Shown here: positions 48,572 through 58,553 of the stretch, in pieces | Numbering within the stretch: position 1 is the stretch's first letter | Layout: each line of letters starts with the position of its first letter | From: Patescibacteria group bacterium | GTDB taxonomy: Bacteria > Patescibacteriota > Microgenomatia > UBA1400 > PJMF01 | Direction of reading: 5' to 3' | NCBI GenBank assembly: GCA_016861205.1 | Contig: BOKX01000001.1 | Coordinates: forward strand, 328,539 to 392,538 | DNA: 64,000 nucleotides | Notes under the pieces: generated by a model | What the model saw: the letters and a program-made list of their open reading frames with translations, nothing else | Database searches by the model: none | Told to the model about the DNA's origin: nothing | Translations under genes and position numbers: made by a program

Positions 48572-49396
48572 ATGTCGTTCGAAGTTGTTATCAAAGCCAG
48601 ACCTCAGTGGCGATTATTTGATTGGCGCGAGCTGTGGCGTTTTCGCGAGCTACTCTATATCTTTGGTTGGCGGGATATAAAAGTTCGGTACAAACAGACA
48701 GCAATTGGTATTTTGTGGGTTGTGCTTCAACCTGTGGTTAACACGGTTATTTTCACCATTTTTTTTGGTAACTTTGCTCATATCCCCTCAGGCCCGCTGC
48801 CATATCCCATTTTTGTACTCTTGGGTTTGTTGTTTTGGGGGTTTTTTTCTGCTGCTTTGAGCCGGGAAGCCAATAGTTTTATTGAAAATGAACAACTTGT
48901 TAAAAAAGTCTACTTCCCCCGTGAGATCCTACCAATCTCGGCCATCGGAGCTGTTTTGGTGGACTTTTTAGTAACGCTCGGCCTCTTCATACTCATGTTG
49001 CTTATCTATAAAGTGCCTGTTCCATGGCTCTTTATTCCTTACTTTATTGTCGGGATTTTGATCACTATCACCACTTGTATCGGCCTGGGCTTGCTTTTGG
49101 CAGCCATAAACATAAAGTATCGCGATGTTCGCTATGTTATCCCTTTTTTCTTGCAAACGTTGATTTTTGTGACACCGGTGATTTACCCAACGAGCTTAGT
49201 CCGCCCATCATTTCAGTTGTTACTTAGCTTGAACCCCATGACAGGCGTTATCGATTCCTTGCGGTCAATACTCGGGACTAATTCCAATCCACACCCCGAA
49301 TACCTGCTTATCTCAGCATTCTCGAGTATTATCTTACTTTTAATAGGGTTCATGTACTTCAGAAGAACTGAACGTTACTTCGCTGACATCCTATGA
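48572..49396 (+). CDS. wzm: Polysaccharide ABC transporter permease (start set to ATG 48572)
   Basis: RDIKVRYKQT..G..W, KKVYFPRE, YRDV, TPVIYP, LNPM, FADIL. Confidence 0.93.
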   Translation: MSFEVVIKARPQWRLFDWRELWRFRELLYIFGWRDIKVRYKQTAIGILWVVLQPVVNTVIFTIFFGNFAHIPSGPLPYPIFVLLGLLFWGFFSAALSREANSFIENEQLVKKVYFPREILPISAIGAVLVDFLVTLGLFILMLLIYKVPVPWLFIPYFIVGILITITTCIGLGLLLAAINIKYRDVRYVIPFFLQTLIFVTPVIYPTSLVRPSFQLLLSLNPMTGVIDSLRSILGTNSNPHPEYLLISAFSSIILLLIGFMYFRRTERYFADIL

Positions 49397-50604
49397 AACC
49401 AATCATTGAAGTCTCTCATCTTAGCAAGAAGTATCGCCTTGGAGAGCGTCAGGCGTATATTACCCTGCGTGACAGTGTGAGTGCCCTCCTCAAAAACCCC
49501 TTTCAGCAATTTTCAGCCCACTTGAACCCTGATGAATTTTGGGCATTAGATGATGTTTCATTCTCAGTGAATCAAGGCGAAGTACTCGGCGTGGTTGGTC
49601 AAAATGGGGCAGGAAAAAGTACCCTGCTGAAAATTCTCAGTCAAATTACCCCGCCGACTCAAGGTCAAGTCACGTTGCGCGGACGAGTCGGTAGTTTGCT
49701 GGAAGTTGGCACCGGCTTTCATGCTGAGCTGACTGGTCGTGAAAACATCTACCTGAACGGGGCTGTATTAGGAATGAAACGACATGAAATCAAAGCCAAG
49801 TTTGATGAGATCGTCGCCTTTGCCGATGTGGAACGATTTTTAGATACCCCGCTCAAACATTTCTCAAGTGGTATGTACATGAGACTAGCTTTTGCAGTAG
49901 CTGCCCACCTTGATCCAGAGGTTCTAATTGTTGATGAAGTTTTAGCAGTCGGTGATGCCCAGTTCCAGAAAAAAGCCTTAGGTAAAATGAGTCAGGTGAC
50001 TTCCCAGGGGAGAACGGTCTTATTTGTTAGTCACAACCTGACCGCGGTCAGAAGCTTGTGCCAGAAGGCGATTTTGCTCGATAAAGGTAAACTCATCCAA
50101 CACGGCGACGTCGAACATGTGTTGAATCACTACAATGCAGATGCTAAAACTCAACTCGAAAAAAGTTGGGACTCGGCCGCTACCGCACCTGGCAATTCAG
50201 AAATTAAGCTCAAGTCAGCGCATCTTAAACCACACGGCACTGACACCATAACTGTTGCGACACAATTGACTCTGTCACTCCAGTTTTGGAACTTCATGTC
50301 AAAAGCAAAACTCAATATCAGCTTAGTGGTATCAACAGTTGACGGCCAAGTAGCTTTCAATAGCATCTCACCAACACAAGATTGCTCAGAGGGCGTGATT
50401 AGCTGCACCTGCCACATCCCTTCCAACCTCCTCAATGATGAGCATTACCGTCTCAGAATTCTCGTCGTTCACGACCGGGCTCACATTGTGGCCAGTTTTG
50501 ACGATGTTTTGACATTTGAAGTCAAAGACACCATTCGGGAAGCTGGCTGGCAGGGAAAATGGGTCGGGGTAGTGCGGCCACAGCTTGACTGGAGCTTTTC
50601 TTAG
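49393..50604 (+). CDS. wzt: Polysaccharide ABC transporter ATPase with C-terminal Wzt_C domain
   Basis: GQNGAGKST, FSSGM, DEVLAVGD; beta-rich C-terminal extension. Confidence 0.93.
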   Translation: MKPIIEVSHLSKKYRLGERQAYITLRDSVSALLKNPFQQFSAHLNPDEFWALDDVSFSVNQGEVLGVVGQNGAGKSTLLKILSQITPPTQGQVTLRGRVGSLLEVGTGFHAELTGRENIYLNGAVLGMKRHEIKAKFDEIVAFADVERFLDTPLKHFSSGMYMRLAFAVAAHLDPEVLIVDEVLAVGDAQFQKKALGKMSQVTSQGRTVLFVSHNLTAVRSLCQKAILLDKGKLIQHGDVEHVLNHYNADAKTQLEKSWDSAATAPGNSEIKLKSAHLKPHGTDTITVATQLTLSLQFWNFMSKAKLNISLVVSTVDGQVAFNSISPTQDCSEGVISCTCHIPSNLLNDEHYRLRILVVHDRAHIVASFDDVLTFEVKDTIREAGWQGKWVGVVRPQLDWSFS

Positions 50605-50618
50605 ATTGTGACCGCACT

Positions 50619-51464
50619 ATGCGAACTCGATTATCTTCTTTAAAAAAACACCTACCACCAAGCTTAGTCTTAGCACTTGCTAACAGTCGCCAATACATTA
50701 CCCACCGCAGCTACCTAGGGTTCGAGAAGCGCTGTCCAATTTGCCTAGCACCGCTGCGCAAATTCATCCCCCTGAGCGCGATTGCTGACGGCATTTTTAT
50801 GCAAACACTTCAGATCCGCGGCCACCGATACACAGTTAATAATTATGAAACACTGAATGTCGAACACTTTCTTTGCCCGATCTGCGGCTCACAAGATAAA
50901 GCTCGCCTGTATGCTCTTTATTTAAAAAAGATTTTTGACAAGCTCAATCGCCAGCCACCCAAGCGTTTTCGGCTGGTGCACTTTGCCCCAGAAGGTGGAC
51001 TGCCAGAATTAATTCGCCGTTATCCTTGGATACAGTACCGGTCTGCGGATCTTGAAAGGCAAGATGTTGATGACCAAGCCGATCTGACAGCCCTACCGTA
51101 TCGTGACCAGTACTTTGATGCCTTTATCTGCTCCCATATTCTCGAACACATACCAGACGACAAACTGGCCCTTCATGAGCTGCATCGTATTCTCAAACCA
51201 GGTGGTTGGGGTATCTTAATGGTTCCGATCATGAAAAAACTACCTAGAACCTACCAAAACGCCACAATCACTGACCCAGAGGACCGCTTGCGTCACTTCG
51301 GCCAACGAGATCATGTTCGTGTCTATGCCAAACCCAGCTTTTTAGCCATGATTCGAAAGTCCGGTTTCCATTGCCAGCAAGTAACTGCCGTCGATTTTCC
51401 AGAAGTGAACTTTAATTCAATGGGCATCGACCCCAAAAGTGTGTTATACGTAGTGCATAAGTGA
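50619..51464 (+). CDS. Class I SAM-dependent methyltransferase with two CPIC motifs
   Basis: CPIC twice, HFAPE, CSHILEHI, RILKPGG, FGQRDHVR. Confidence 0.85.
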   Translation: MRTRLSSLKKHLPPSLVLALANSRQYITHRSYLGFEKRCPICLAPLRKFIPLSAIADGIFMQTLQIRGHRYTVNNYETLNVEHFLCPICGSQDKARLYALYLKKIFDKLNRQPPKRFRLVHFAPEGGLPELIRRYPWIQYRSADLERQDVDDQADLTALPYRDQYFDAFICSHILEHIPDDKLALHELHRILKPGGWGILMVPIMKKLPRTYQNATITDPEDRLRHFGQRDHVRVYAKPSFLAMIRKSGFHCQQVTAVDFPEVNFNSMGIDPKSVLYVVHK

Positions 51465-52039
51465 ACAGCATGCCATCCACACCCCAAACCAGTTTTTATT
51501 CCGAAACTGAGTTAGCGACTCTTGGATTAAAAGCGTACGGCCAAGAGGTACTAATCAGCCGGAAAGCTTCCCTTCTATCACCGAGCCAAATCAGCGTCGG
51601 TGATCATGTGCGGATTGACGACTTCGCGCTTTTATCTGGCGAAATCAGACTTGGCTCTTATGTACACCTCTCTGCTTTTGTAGCACTCTACGGCACCAAC
51701 GGCATACACTTGGAAGACTACTGTGGTATTTCTGCCCACTCAACAGTGTACAGCGTCACCGACGATTTTAGCGGCAAGTCATTGATCGGGCCGATGGTAC
51801 CATCAGCACTTAGAAATGTTTCTGGTGGGCTTGTCCATTTTCAGTCGCACACGCAGCTGGGCGCCCACAACGTAGTTATGCCGGGGGTAACGCTTCATGA
51901 AGGGGCAGTCACAGGCGCACTTTGTTTTGTAAACTCTGATTTACCTGCCTGGACAATCTCAGTCGGAATTCCCAACCGCGTCTTAAAGAAACGACAGCAA
52001 ACAGTCTTATCACTGGTTAAAAGAGACCCTCAATCATGA
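51461..52039 (+). CDS. Hexapeptide-repeat acetyltransferase
   Basis: VGDHVRIDDF, LGSYVHLS, TDDFSG, VMPGVTL. Confidence 0.85.
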   Translation: MNSMPSTPQTSFYSETELATLGLKAYGQEVLISRKASLLSPSQISVGDHVRIDDFALLSGEIRLGSYVHLSAFVALYGTNGIHLEDYCGISAHSTVYSVTDDFSGKSLIGPMVPSALRNVSGGLVHFQSHTQLGAHNVVMPGVTLHEGAVTGALCFVNSDLPAWTISVGIPNRVLKKRQQTVLSLVKRDPQS

Positions 52040-53202
52040 CACAAACCATCCGGCCTTTCAAAAAACCCATCTACGTCACCAGGCCACTACTGCCTGACCT
52101 AGATGTGTTCAAACGACAGCTAGAACACGTCTGGGAGAGTCAATGGTTAACAAACAACGGCCATCAGCATCAGCTCCTGGAGCAGCGGATTGTGGAAACG
52201 TTACGAGTCCCCCATGCTTCATTATTTAATAATGGCACAATTGCACTGATTACTGCCTGCCAAGCCTTGGGACTGACAGGTGAGGTGATCACCACCCCGT
52301 TTACGTTCGCTGCCACCCCACACGTCTTAGCTTGGAATAACCTAACCCCAGTTTTTTGTGATATCGATCCAGTTACCATGAATATTGACCCGTCAAAAAT
52401 CGAGGCACTGATCACTCCCAGAACATCTGCCATCCTGGCTGTCCACGTGTTTGGTCATCCCTGTGATGTTGCGGCCATTGAAACCATAGCCCATCGCCAC
52501 AAACTGAAAGTCATCTATGACGCCGCTCACGCTTTTGGTGCAGAATTGACAGTGACTGATGAAACCTCAAAAAAGTTGCCCACCAAAAAAGGGATTGGCA
52601 CTTTTGGTGACATTACTATGTTCAGTTTCCATGCCACAAAACTCTTTCATTCTGGTGAGGGTGGCGCCTTGACCTTTAATGACCCCAACTTAAAACCGTA
52701 CATCGATTTGCTCAAAAACTTTGGCATCAAGAATGAAGATGAGGTCATCCTACCCGGTATCAATGGCAAAATGAACGAGATACAGGCCGCGTTGGGGTTG
52801 GTTGTCTTAGATGAGGTTCAGGCAGAGCGTCGTCGCCGGCAGAAAATCTTAGCTCGCTATCATCATTGGCTGACTGGTGTACCAGGTATTGAGTTCACCA
52901 AAGTACCATCGTCAGTAACGCCGAGTTATCAATACTTCGTGATCAGAATTAATAAACAGAAATTTGGTAAAAGCCGAGATGAGGTCCATAGCGAGTTTAA
53001 AAACTACAATATCATCACTCGCAAGTACTTCTATCCCCTGTGCAGTCAATATGATTGCTACCGTGATCTGCCATCAGCATCACCGGCTCAACTTCCGGTA
53101 GCAAACACCATTGGCCAACAGGTCCTGTCCATGCCCTTTTACGGTGGTCTCAGCTTGAAATCTGTCGACAAAATTTGCCAAATATTGCTCAATCTAAGAT
53201 AA
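52036..53202 (+). CDS. DegT/DnrJ/EryC1/StrS NDP-sugar aminotransferase (VioA-like)
   Basis: IYVTRPLLP, WLTNNG, NGT.AL, YDAAHAFG, SFHATK, GINGKMNE. Confidence 0.92.
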   Translation: MTQTIRPFKKPIYVTRPLLPDLDVFKRQLEHVWESQWLTNNGHQHQLLEQRIVETLRVPHASLFNNGTIALITACQALGLTGEVITTPFTFAATPHVLAWNNLTPVFCDIDPVTMNIDPSKIEALITPRTSAILAVHVFGHPCDVAAIETIAHRHKLKVIYDAAHAFGAELTVTDETSKKLPTKKGIGTFGDITMFSFHATKLFHSGEGGALTFNDPNLKPYIDLLKNFGIKNEDEVILPGINGKMNEIQAALGLVVLDEVQAERRRRQKILARYHHWLTGVPGIEFTKVPSSVTPSYQYFVIRINKQKFGKSRDEVHSEFKNYNIITRKYFYPLCSQYDCYRDLPSASPAQLPVANTIGQQVLSMPFYGGLSLKSVDKICQILLNLR

Positions 53203-53208
53203 GAAACC

Positions 53209-54930
53209 ATGTTAAAGCCAGTTGTTAGCGTCCTGATTATCACCTATAACCAAGAGCGCTTCATTGCCCAGGCTGTTCACAGCGCACTCAATCAGCAAAC
53301 CACATTTCCGTACGAAATCGTGATTGGTGACGATGGTTCTACTGATACCACCAGGAAGATACTCACTGATCTCAGAAACCAATATCCTGACCGAATTAAA
53401 CTCATCTTTCAAACCAAAAACCTTAAACCTGTCCGAAATTTGATGAGCGTGTACAAAGCCTGTAAAGGCAAATTCATCGCCCTCCTAGAGGGTGACGACT
53501 ACTGGACTTCACCTTTAAAATTAGCTCGCCAAGTTGAGTATCTAGAAACACATCCCGATGCAGCTATTTGTTACCACAGCACCACGCTTGTTAACGAACA
53601 TGGTCAGCCAATGGTTGTACTCCCGGTACCTCGTTTCAAAAAGCCAGTCTCAACACTGACTGATCTGATCAGAAATGGTAGCTTTATGGCAACTTGTAGC
53701 ACTATGTTTCGAAACAAGCTCTTTGGAGCATTTCCCGATTGGTTTTCCGAATTAACCTATATTGCCGACCTACCACTCAATGTTTTGAATGCCCAGCATG
53801 GAAAAATTGGCTACATCGACCAAAACATGGCCGTGTATCGATCATGTTCGTCAGCGCTAGCATTTACGTCTCAGAAACTGGAGTTGGTTTATCAGGAGCA
53901 CATCACCGTTTTTCAAAAACTCCTCACCCACCTTCCCCAACAGTACACCACTATCATTCAGGACCATCTAGCCCAATTCTATTTCTGGTTGGCTGAAGTA
54001 CAGTTGCGTCAAAATCAGGCCAAAATAGCCTGGAAACAATACCGCAGTTTTCTTCAGCTGCGATCGAGCTACTCCTATATCTCGCTCAGTCGTGAGCTGC
54101 GTTTTCTCGCCAAGTTCAAACTTGTCATCTGGCTCGATCGAATCAAACGAATGATGCGAAACCAGTGGTCAGCCACAATGTATCTGCTCTCAATCAGCTG
54201 GGTGCATTCAAAAGTGAACCAAAAACTGCACTCCCAAAGAGTAATTCTCGGCAGAGTATCCTGCATCGGCCGAGCCATTGTCCAACTTCACGAAGCTGAT
54301 CACTCATATGTTCTGGTTAATCAACAAAAGGTTCGAGCAGATTTGTGGACTGACTGGCTGGGCAGCTGCCCTCGTCCCAAAGCTAACTCGGTGAGTGGCT
54401 GGATTCGACGGCCTGATGTCTATCCTCTTATTATCGAACAGGCCCAGTTGCCGTGGCTGAACCAGCGCAAACCGAGCTACATAGTTTTTGATTCATACAG
54501 CGAGCTGACTGATAAAAAGTTTACCCATCGCAATCAAGGTTGGTCGTTCGCAGCACATTATGCTGATGTTGCGCTAGATCCCGATTTTGAGACAGAGTTT
54601 ATTGGGCACGACCTACTTGATGTGCATGACCTGACAAGTGCATACGACCGCTGTTTTGCCGACCTCACCCACCGCTTTCCTGGTACCCCTATCTACTTTA
54701 TTCACGCATCCACCGCTCATGACTCTCGATCGTTGTACCGATCCAGGGCGAAGACAATTAAAAAAGCTATCACGTCTCTGCTGCCTCGGTACTCAAACTT
54801 ACACAGCATCACCGTGCCAGACTCAGCAGTTAACATGTCTGACGATGGACTTCCCTATCACTATCACCCTGAAACTCTCCGACATTATCAGCAAGCATGG
54901 CTTCGACTTGACAAAGCGCTCGAGGCATAG
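53209..54930 (+). CDS. GT2 glycosyltransferase fused to an uncharacterised C-terminal domain
   Basis: VSVLIITYNQ, GDDGSTD, LEGDDYW..KL..QV; extra ~230 aa domain (GRVSC, FDSYSELTD, PYHY). Confidence 0.85.
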   Translation: MLKPVVSVLIITYNQERFIAQAVHSALNQQTTFPYEIVIGDDGSTDTTRKILTDLRNQYPDRIKLIFQTKNLKPVRNLMSVYKACKGKFIALLEGDDYWTSPLKLARQVEYLETHPDAAICYHSTTLVNEHGQPMVVLPVPRFKKPVSTLTDLIRNGSFMATCSTMFRNKLFGAFPDWFSELTYIADLPLNVLNAQHGKIGYIDQNMAVYRSCSSALAFTSQKLELVYQEHITVFQKLLTHLPQQYTTIIQDHLAQFYFWLAEVQLRQNQAKIAWKQYRSFLQLRSSYSYISLSRELRFLAKFKLVIWLDRIKRMMRNQWSATMYLLSISWVHSKVNQKLHSQRVILGRVSCIGRAIVQLHEADHSYVLVNQQKVRADLWTDWLGSCPRPKANSVSGWIRRPDVYPLIIEQAQLPWLNQRKPSYIVFDSYSELTDKKFTHRNQGWSFAAHYADVALDPDFETEFIGHDLLDVHDLTSAYDRCFADLTHRFPGTPIYFIHASTAHDSRSLYRSRAKTIKKAITSLLPRYSNLHSITVPDSAVNMSDDGLPYHYHPETLRHYQQAWLRLDKALEA

Positions 54931-54947
54931 CATAACAAAGGACACGT

Positions 54948-55562
54948 ATGATTAAGGCAGTCATTTTTGATCTCGATGGGGTGCTCGTTGATGCCACAGA
55001 GTGGCACTATGACGCTCTAAATCAAGCGCTCAATTTATTTGGATACACCATTACCCGGGCTGAACACCAGACCATTTACAATGGCCTGCCGACTGCCAAA
55101 AAATTGGAAATGATGAGTGAGCGAGTTGGCTTACCGCGGGGTTTGCATCCGATCATCCAACACATGAAGCGCCAGTTTACAGACGAAAAGGTTCGGACTC
55201 AGTGCCATCCAGATTACCAAAAGCAAATCATGCTGGCTCAACTTCAACGGCACGGCTATGCACTAGCTTGCTGCAGCAATGCGCAAAAATACTCAGTTCT
55301 CAACATGCTCCAACGGGCCCAAATTGACAACTACTTCAGTTTGATACTTGGTAATGATGAAGGTCTCCCCGCCAAACCACAACCTGATGTCTACCTCCAT
55401 GCGTTTAAACAACTAGGTATTCAGCCGCAGCAAGCCTGTATCGTAGAGGATGCCCCCCATGGTGTCCAAGCGGCCAAGGCAAGCGGAGCAAAAGTTCTGG
55501 CAGTCAAAGGTTACGAAGATGTAACACTAGATCTGTGTATTTCGGCAGGATTGATTTCATGA
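54948..55562 (+). CDS. HAD-superfamily phosphatase
   Basis: FDLDGVL, CSN, KPQPD, VEDAPHG. Confidence 0.92.
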   Translation: MIKAVIFDLDGVLVDATEWHYDALNQALNLFGYTITRAEHQTIYNGLPTAKKLEMMSERVGLPRGLHPIIQHMKRQFTDEKVRTQCHPDYQKQIMLAQLQRHGYALACCSNAQKYSVLNMLQRAQIDNYFSLILGNDEGLPAKPQPDVYLHAFKQLGIQPQQACIVEDAPHGVQAAKASGAKVLAVKGYEDVTLDLCISAGLIS

Positions 55563-55879
55563 CAAAGTATCAAGCAAATAACTTCATGCGTGGTTGGTTC
55601 ATCGGCAATTTTGAACCAAGCCTACTAAAAAGCACTCAGTTTGAAGTTGCATTCAAGGAATACCAAACTGGCGACACAGAAGCCGCTCATACTCATCAGC
55701 TTGCAACCGAGTACACCGTTATCGCCAGTGGCGTCTTCCAGATAAATGATACTATCTGTCGAGCTGGTGATATCATTAAAATAGACGTCCAGGAGGCAGC
55801 TCGCTTTCTCTGCTTGGAGACAGGTACTACCGTGGTAATTAAGACGCCGTCTGTCCCAGGTGATAAGTATCTTATTTAA
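55559..55879 (+). CDS. Small cupin-like protein (start set to ATG 55559)
   Basis: MRGWFIGNFEPS, H-T-H..E metal motif, K.PS..GDKY; ATGA-coupled to the HAD gene. Confidence 0.8.
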   Translation: MTKYQANNFMRGWFIGNFEPSLLKSTQFEVAFKEYQTGDTEAAHTHQLATEYTVIASGVFQINDTICRAGDIIKIDVQEAARFLCLETGTTVVIKTPSVPGDKYLI

Positions 55880-55881
55880 CT

Positions 55882-56619
55882 ATGAAAAAATTAAATATCA
55901 TCATCCCTATGGCCGGCGCCGGTTCACGATTTGCAGATGTCGGTTACAGCTTTCCCAAACCGCTGATCGATGTCAATGGTAAACCAATGATTCAGGTGGT
56001 TGTTGAAAACTTGAAACCAAAGGTACCGCATCGATTCATTTTTATTTGTCGTGATGAACATTACCATAAGTACTCACTCGCCCAAATCTATGCCAACTCA
56101 ACACAGAACAACTACGAATGCGTTCGTATTAACTCGCTTACCGCTGGTGCAGTGTGCACCGTACTGACCGCCACCGACTTTATCAATAACGATGATGACT
56201 TATTGATTGCAAATGCTGATCAAGTTGTCGACATTGATATTAACGAGTACATCGCATTTTCACGAAAAGGCAAACTGGACGGTAGTATTTTAACTTTCAA
56301 CGCTAGCCATCCGAAATGGAGTTATGCCCGGGTTGATAAACACAATTTAGTTTTAGAGACGGTTGAAAAGAAAGCCATCTCACCTCATGCAACAGTTGGA
56401 ATCTATTACTACCGCAAAGGGCGTGATTTTGTTTCGGCCGCTTTCAACATGATTGAGAAAAACATCCGGGTTAACAATGAATTCTACGTCTGCCCAGTCT
56501 ATAACGAGATGATCTTGGCAAACAAAAAAATATCGATTTACCCAATTAAAGTGAGTGAGATGCACGGCCTCGGCACCCCAGAAGATTTAAATCACTACCT
56601 TCAATTGACCCGCCAATGA
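55882..56619 (+). CDS. Nucleotidyltransferase (GT-A fold, NTP_transferase-like)
   Basis: IIPMAGAGSRF..PKPLI, NADQ, HPKWS, EKK, NEFYVCPVYN, LGTPEDL. Confidence 0.88.
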   Translation: MKKLNIIIPMAGAGSRFADVGYSFPKPLIDVNGKPMIQVVVENLKPKVPHRFIFICRDEHYHKYSLAQIYANSTQNNYECVRINSLTAGAVCTVLTATDFINNDDDLLIANADQVVDIDINEYIAFSRKGKLDGSILTFNASHPKWSYARVDKHNLVLETVEKKAISPHATVGIYYYRKGRDFVSAAFNMIEKNIRVNNEFYVCPVYNEMILANKKISIYPIKVSEMHGLGTPEDLNHYLQLTRQ

Positions 56620-57482
56620 GCAAAGCCTGTACTGTCTTAACGCACCGTGGGCTCGAACCTGATGCTGACGTTCAGTACGGTGAGAGCAGTCAGGAAGCTT
56701 TTTTTTCACAGCTCCAGAGAGGCTTTGGGCTCGAGTTTGATTTCAATATAACCCTTGACCAACAGATAGTTTTATTACACGATGCCACCCTGACCAGATT
56801 GAGTCACGGTTCCGACCATCGGCATGTGTCGAGCATATCAAGCCCTGACCTGATGACCTATGATCTGAAACCAGGCCATGTCTGTTTTTGGACAGACTTG
56901 GCTCCACAACTAGCAAAAAGTCCCAGTCGGTACCACGCGTTCCATATAAAGGCTGCCTTTCAAACACCGGCTCTGCTTGATTTACTCGCTCAGACACTGT
57001 CTAACTGGCCTCAACTCTGGTCAAAACTGGTGCTATTTGATCTGTCAGTAGCTGCTGCTCGACAGCTGAAAGCCATGAATAAGCAGTTGCAGGTAATGGC
57101 TTCTGTTTCGCATCAGTTTGACAGGCTGCGTTACAACCAAGCGGTAGGTGGCACACTTCTGGCTGAATCTACTGTCCTCCAATCGGATCACCTGTATTCA
57201 GGTGTCTGGCTCGACGAATGGGATTTGAGTGACCTTGATGGAGCCACTAAGGAGTTCATTACAGCTGATTACATACACACCTGGCAAGGTAGAGGTTACT
57301 TAGTGGGAGTGGTCAGCCCAGAACTGCATGCCACCTCACCCGGCCTATTAGGTCAAGAGGCCCATCCAGATGCCAGTGACCCAGCACGGTGGCGTCGGCG
57401 GTTGGCAAAAATCCTGGCTGGACGACCTGATATGATTTGCACGGATCATCCAGAGTATGTTCGACAACAACTTGGTGCCTGA
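56616..57482 (+). CDS. Glycerophosphodiester phosphodiesterase-like protein
   Basis: THRG, LEFD, LHD.TL.R, C-terminal ICTDHP. Confidence 0.75.
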   Translation: MSKACTVLTHRGLEPDADVQYGESSQEAFFSQLQRGFGLEFDFNITLDQQIVLLHDATLTRLSHGSDHRHVSSISSPDLMTYDLKPGHVCFWTDLAPQLAKSPSRYHAFHIKAAFQTPALLDLLAQTLSNWPQLWSKLVLFDLSVAAARQLKAMNKQLQVMASVSHQFDRLRYNQAVGGTLLAESTVLQSDHLYSGVWLDEWDLSDLDGATKEFITADYIHTWQGRGYLVGVVSPELHATSPGLLGQEAHPDASDPARWRRRLAKILAGRPDMICTDHPEYVRQQLGA

Positions 57483-57485
57483 TAT

Positions 57486-58553
57486 ATGCGTGTAGCTTTT
57501 TATAAACTTGGACTTCAAAATCCAAATGTCAAAAAAATATTTGGCAGCATGTACCAAAGTTTTTTTGATGCCTTAAATCAATTGCCAGGCTTCACCGCCG
57601 AACTGGTCTTTGACCGCCTTCAGCTTCGCCAGTATGACCTAGTTGTGTTACCCATGGGGGATGGCCAAGAGGCGGATAGTTTGCGCGCCCTTCAGACTTT
57701 TGGTGGTCCAGCAATCCTGTATGTACCACCAGCTTCTGTTTGGTTTAAAAAGAAACTGCTCCACCGATGGTCATCAAGAATCATCTTCGCGTATGGCACT
57801 GATGTCTCAGGCCGGACCCAAAGTTGCTACCAAGACATCGGGATACCATTCCTCCACCTGCCCCTAGCTTCTGATCCCAGCGTTTTCAAACCATTGCGGC
57901 TTGCCAAAAAATGGGATGTCCTGTTCATCGGCAACCGCACGAGTGGTCGGGGTCGTGGTGAGTTTATCTCCAAGTTAGTAACCACCGCTCTTGAACGTGG
58001 TTGGCAGCTCAAGCTGTTGGGCACGGGCTGGGAAGAGTTTGGTTTCCCACCTAAGCTAGTTTCACATGGCCCAGCTCTGAATAGACTCTACAACCAAACC
58101 AAAGTTTGTGTCAATATTTCTAACCTAGAACAACTACAAGGTAAAAATCGCTGTCTTGATGCTAACAACCGCCTCTTTGACGTTGCCCTGGCTGGTGCGT
58201 GCCAAGTCAGCAATGGCCCGGAGTTGGTACAGCACTACTTTAGTAATGATGAAGTGCTAGCCGCAACCACCCCAGAACTCTGGATCAAGAAGATCGCCAA
58301 CTGTCTTCAACAGCCTGATTTGCGCTCAAAAATCGGTCGCGCGGCTCGGCGCAAAGCCCTAGCTGATCATTGTTGGTCAAATCGAGCTGAACTACTGATG
58401 CATACAATTAGTGCAAACTGGTCTTCGGAAATAAATAGTACTTTTCAGCCACTGACGGCACAGCATTATCTGGACATGTACGCACCTCCCGTTGACTACT
58501 ATATGCGACTCATTCGTTTAAGTATTAGAAAGTATGGCCATGCTTCTTCATAA
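57486..58553 (+). CDS. CgeB/Glyco_trans_1_2-type glycosyltransferase
   Basis: LPLASDP, DVLFIGN, G.GW, NNRLFD..LAGA, DHCWSNR. Confidence 0.82.
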   Translation: MRVAFYKLGLQNPNVKKIFGSMYQSFFDALNQLPGFTAELVFDRLQLRQYDLVVLPMGDGQEADSLRALQTFGGPAILYVPPASVWFKKKLLHRWSSRIIFAYGTDVSGRTQSCYQDIGIPFLHLPLASDPSVFKPLRLAKKWDVLFIGNRTSGRGRGEFISKLVTTALERGWQLKLLGTGWEEFGFPPKLVSHGPALNRLYNQTKVCVNISNLEQLQGKNRCLDANNRLFDVALAGACQVSNGPELVQHYFSNDEVLAATTPELWIKKIANCLQQPDLRSKIGRAARRKALADHCWSNRAELLMHTISANWSSEINSTFQPLTAQHYLDMYAPPVDYYMRLIRLSIRKYGHASS

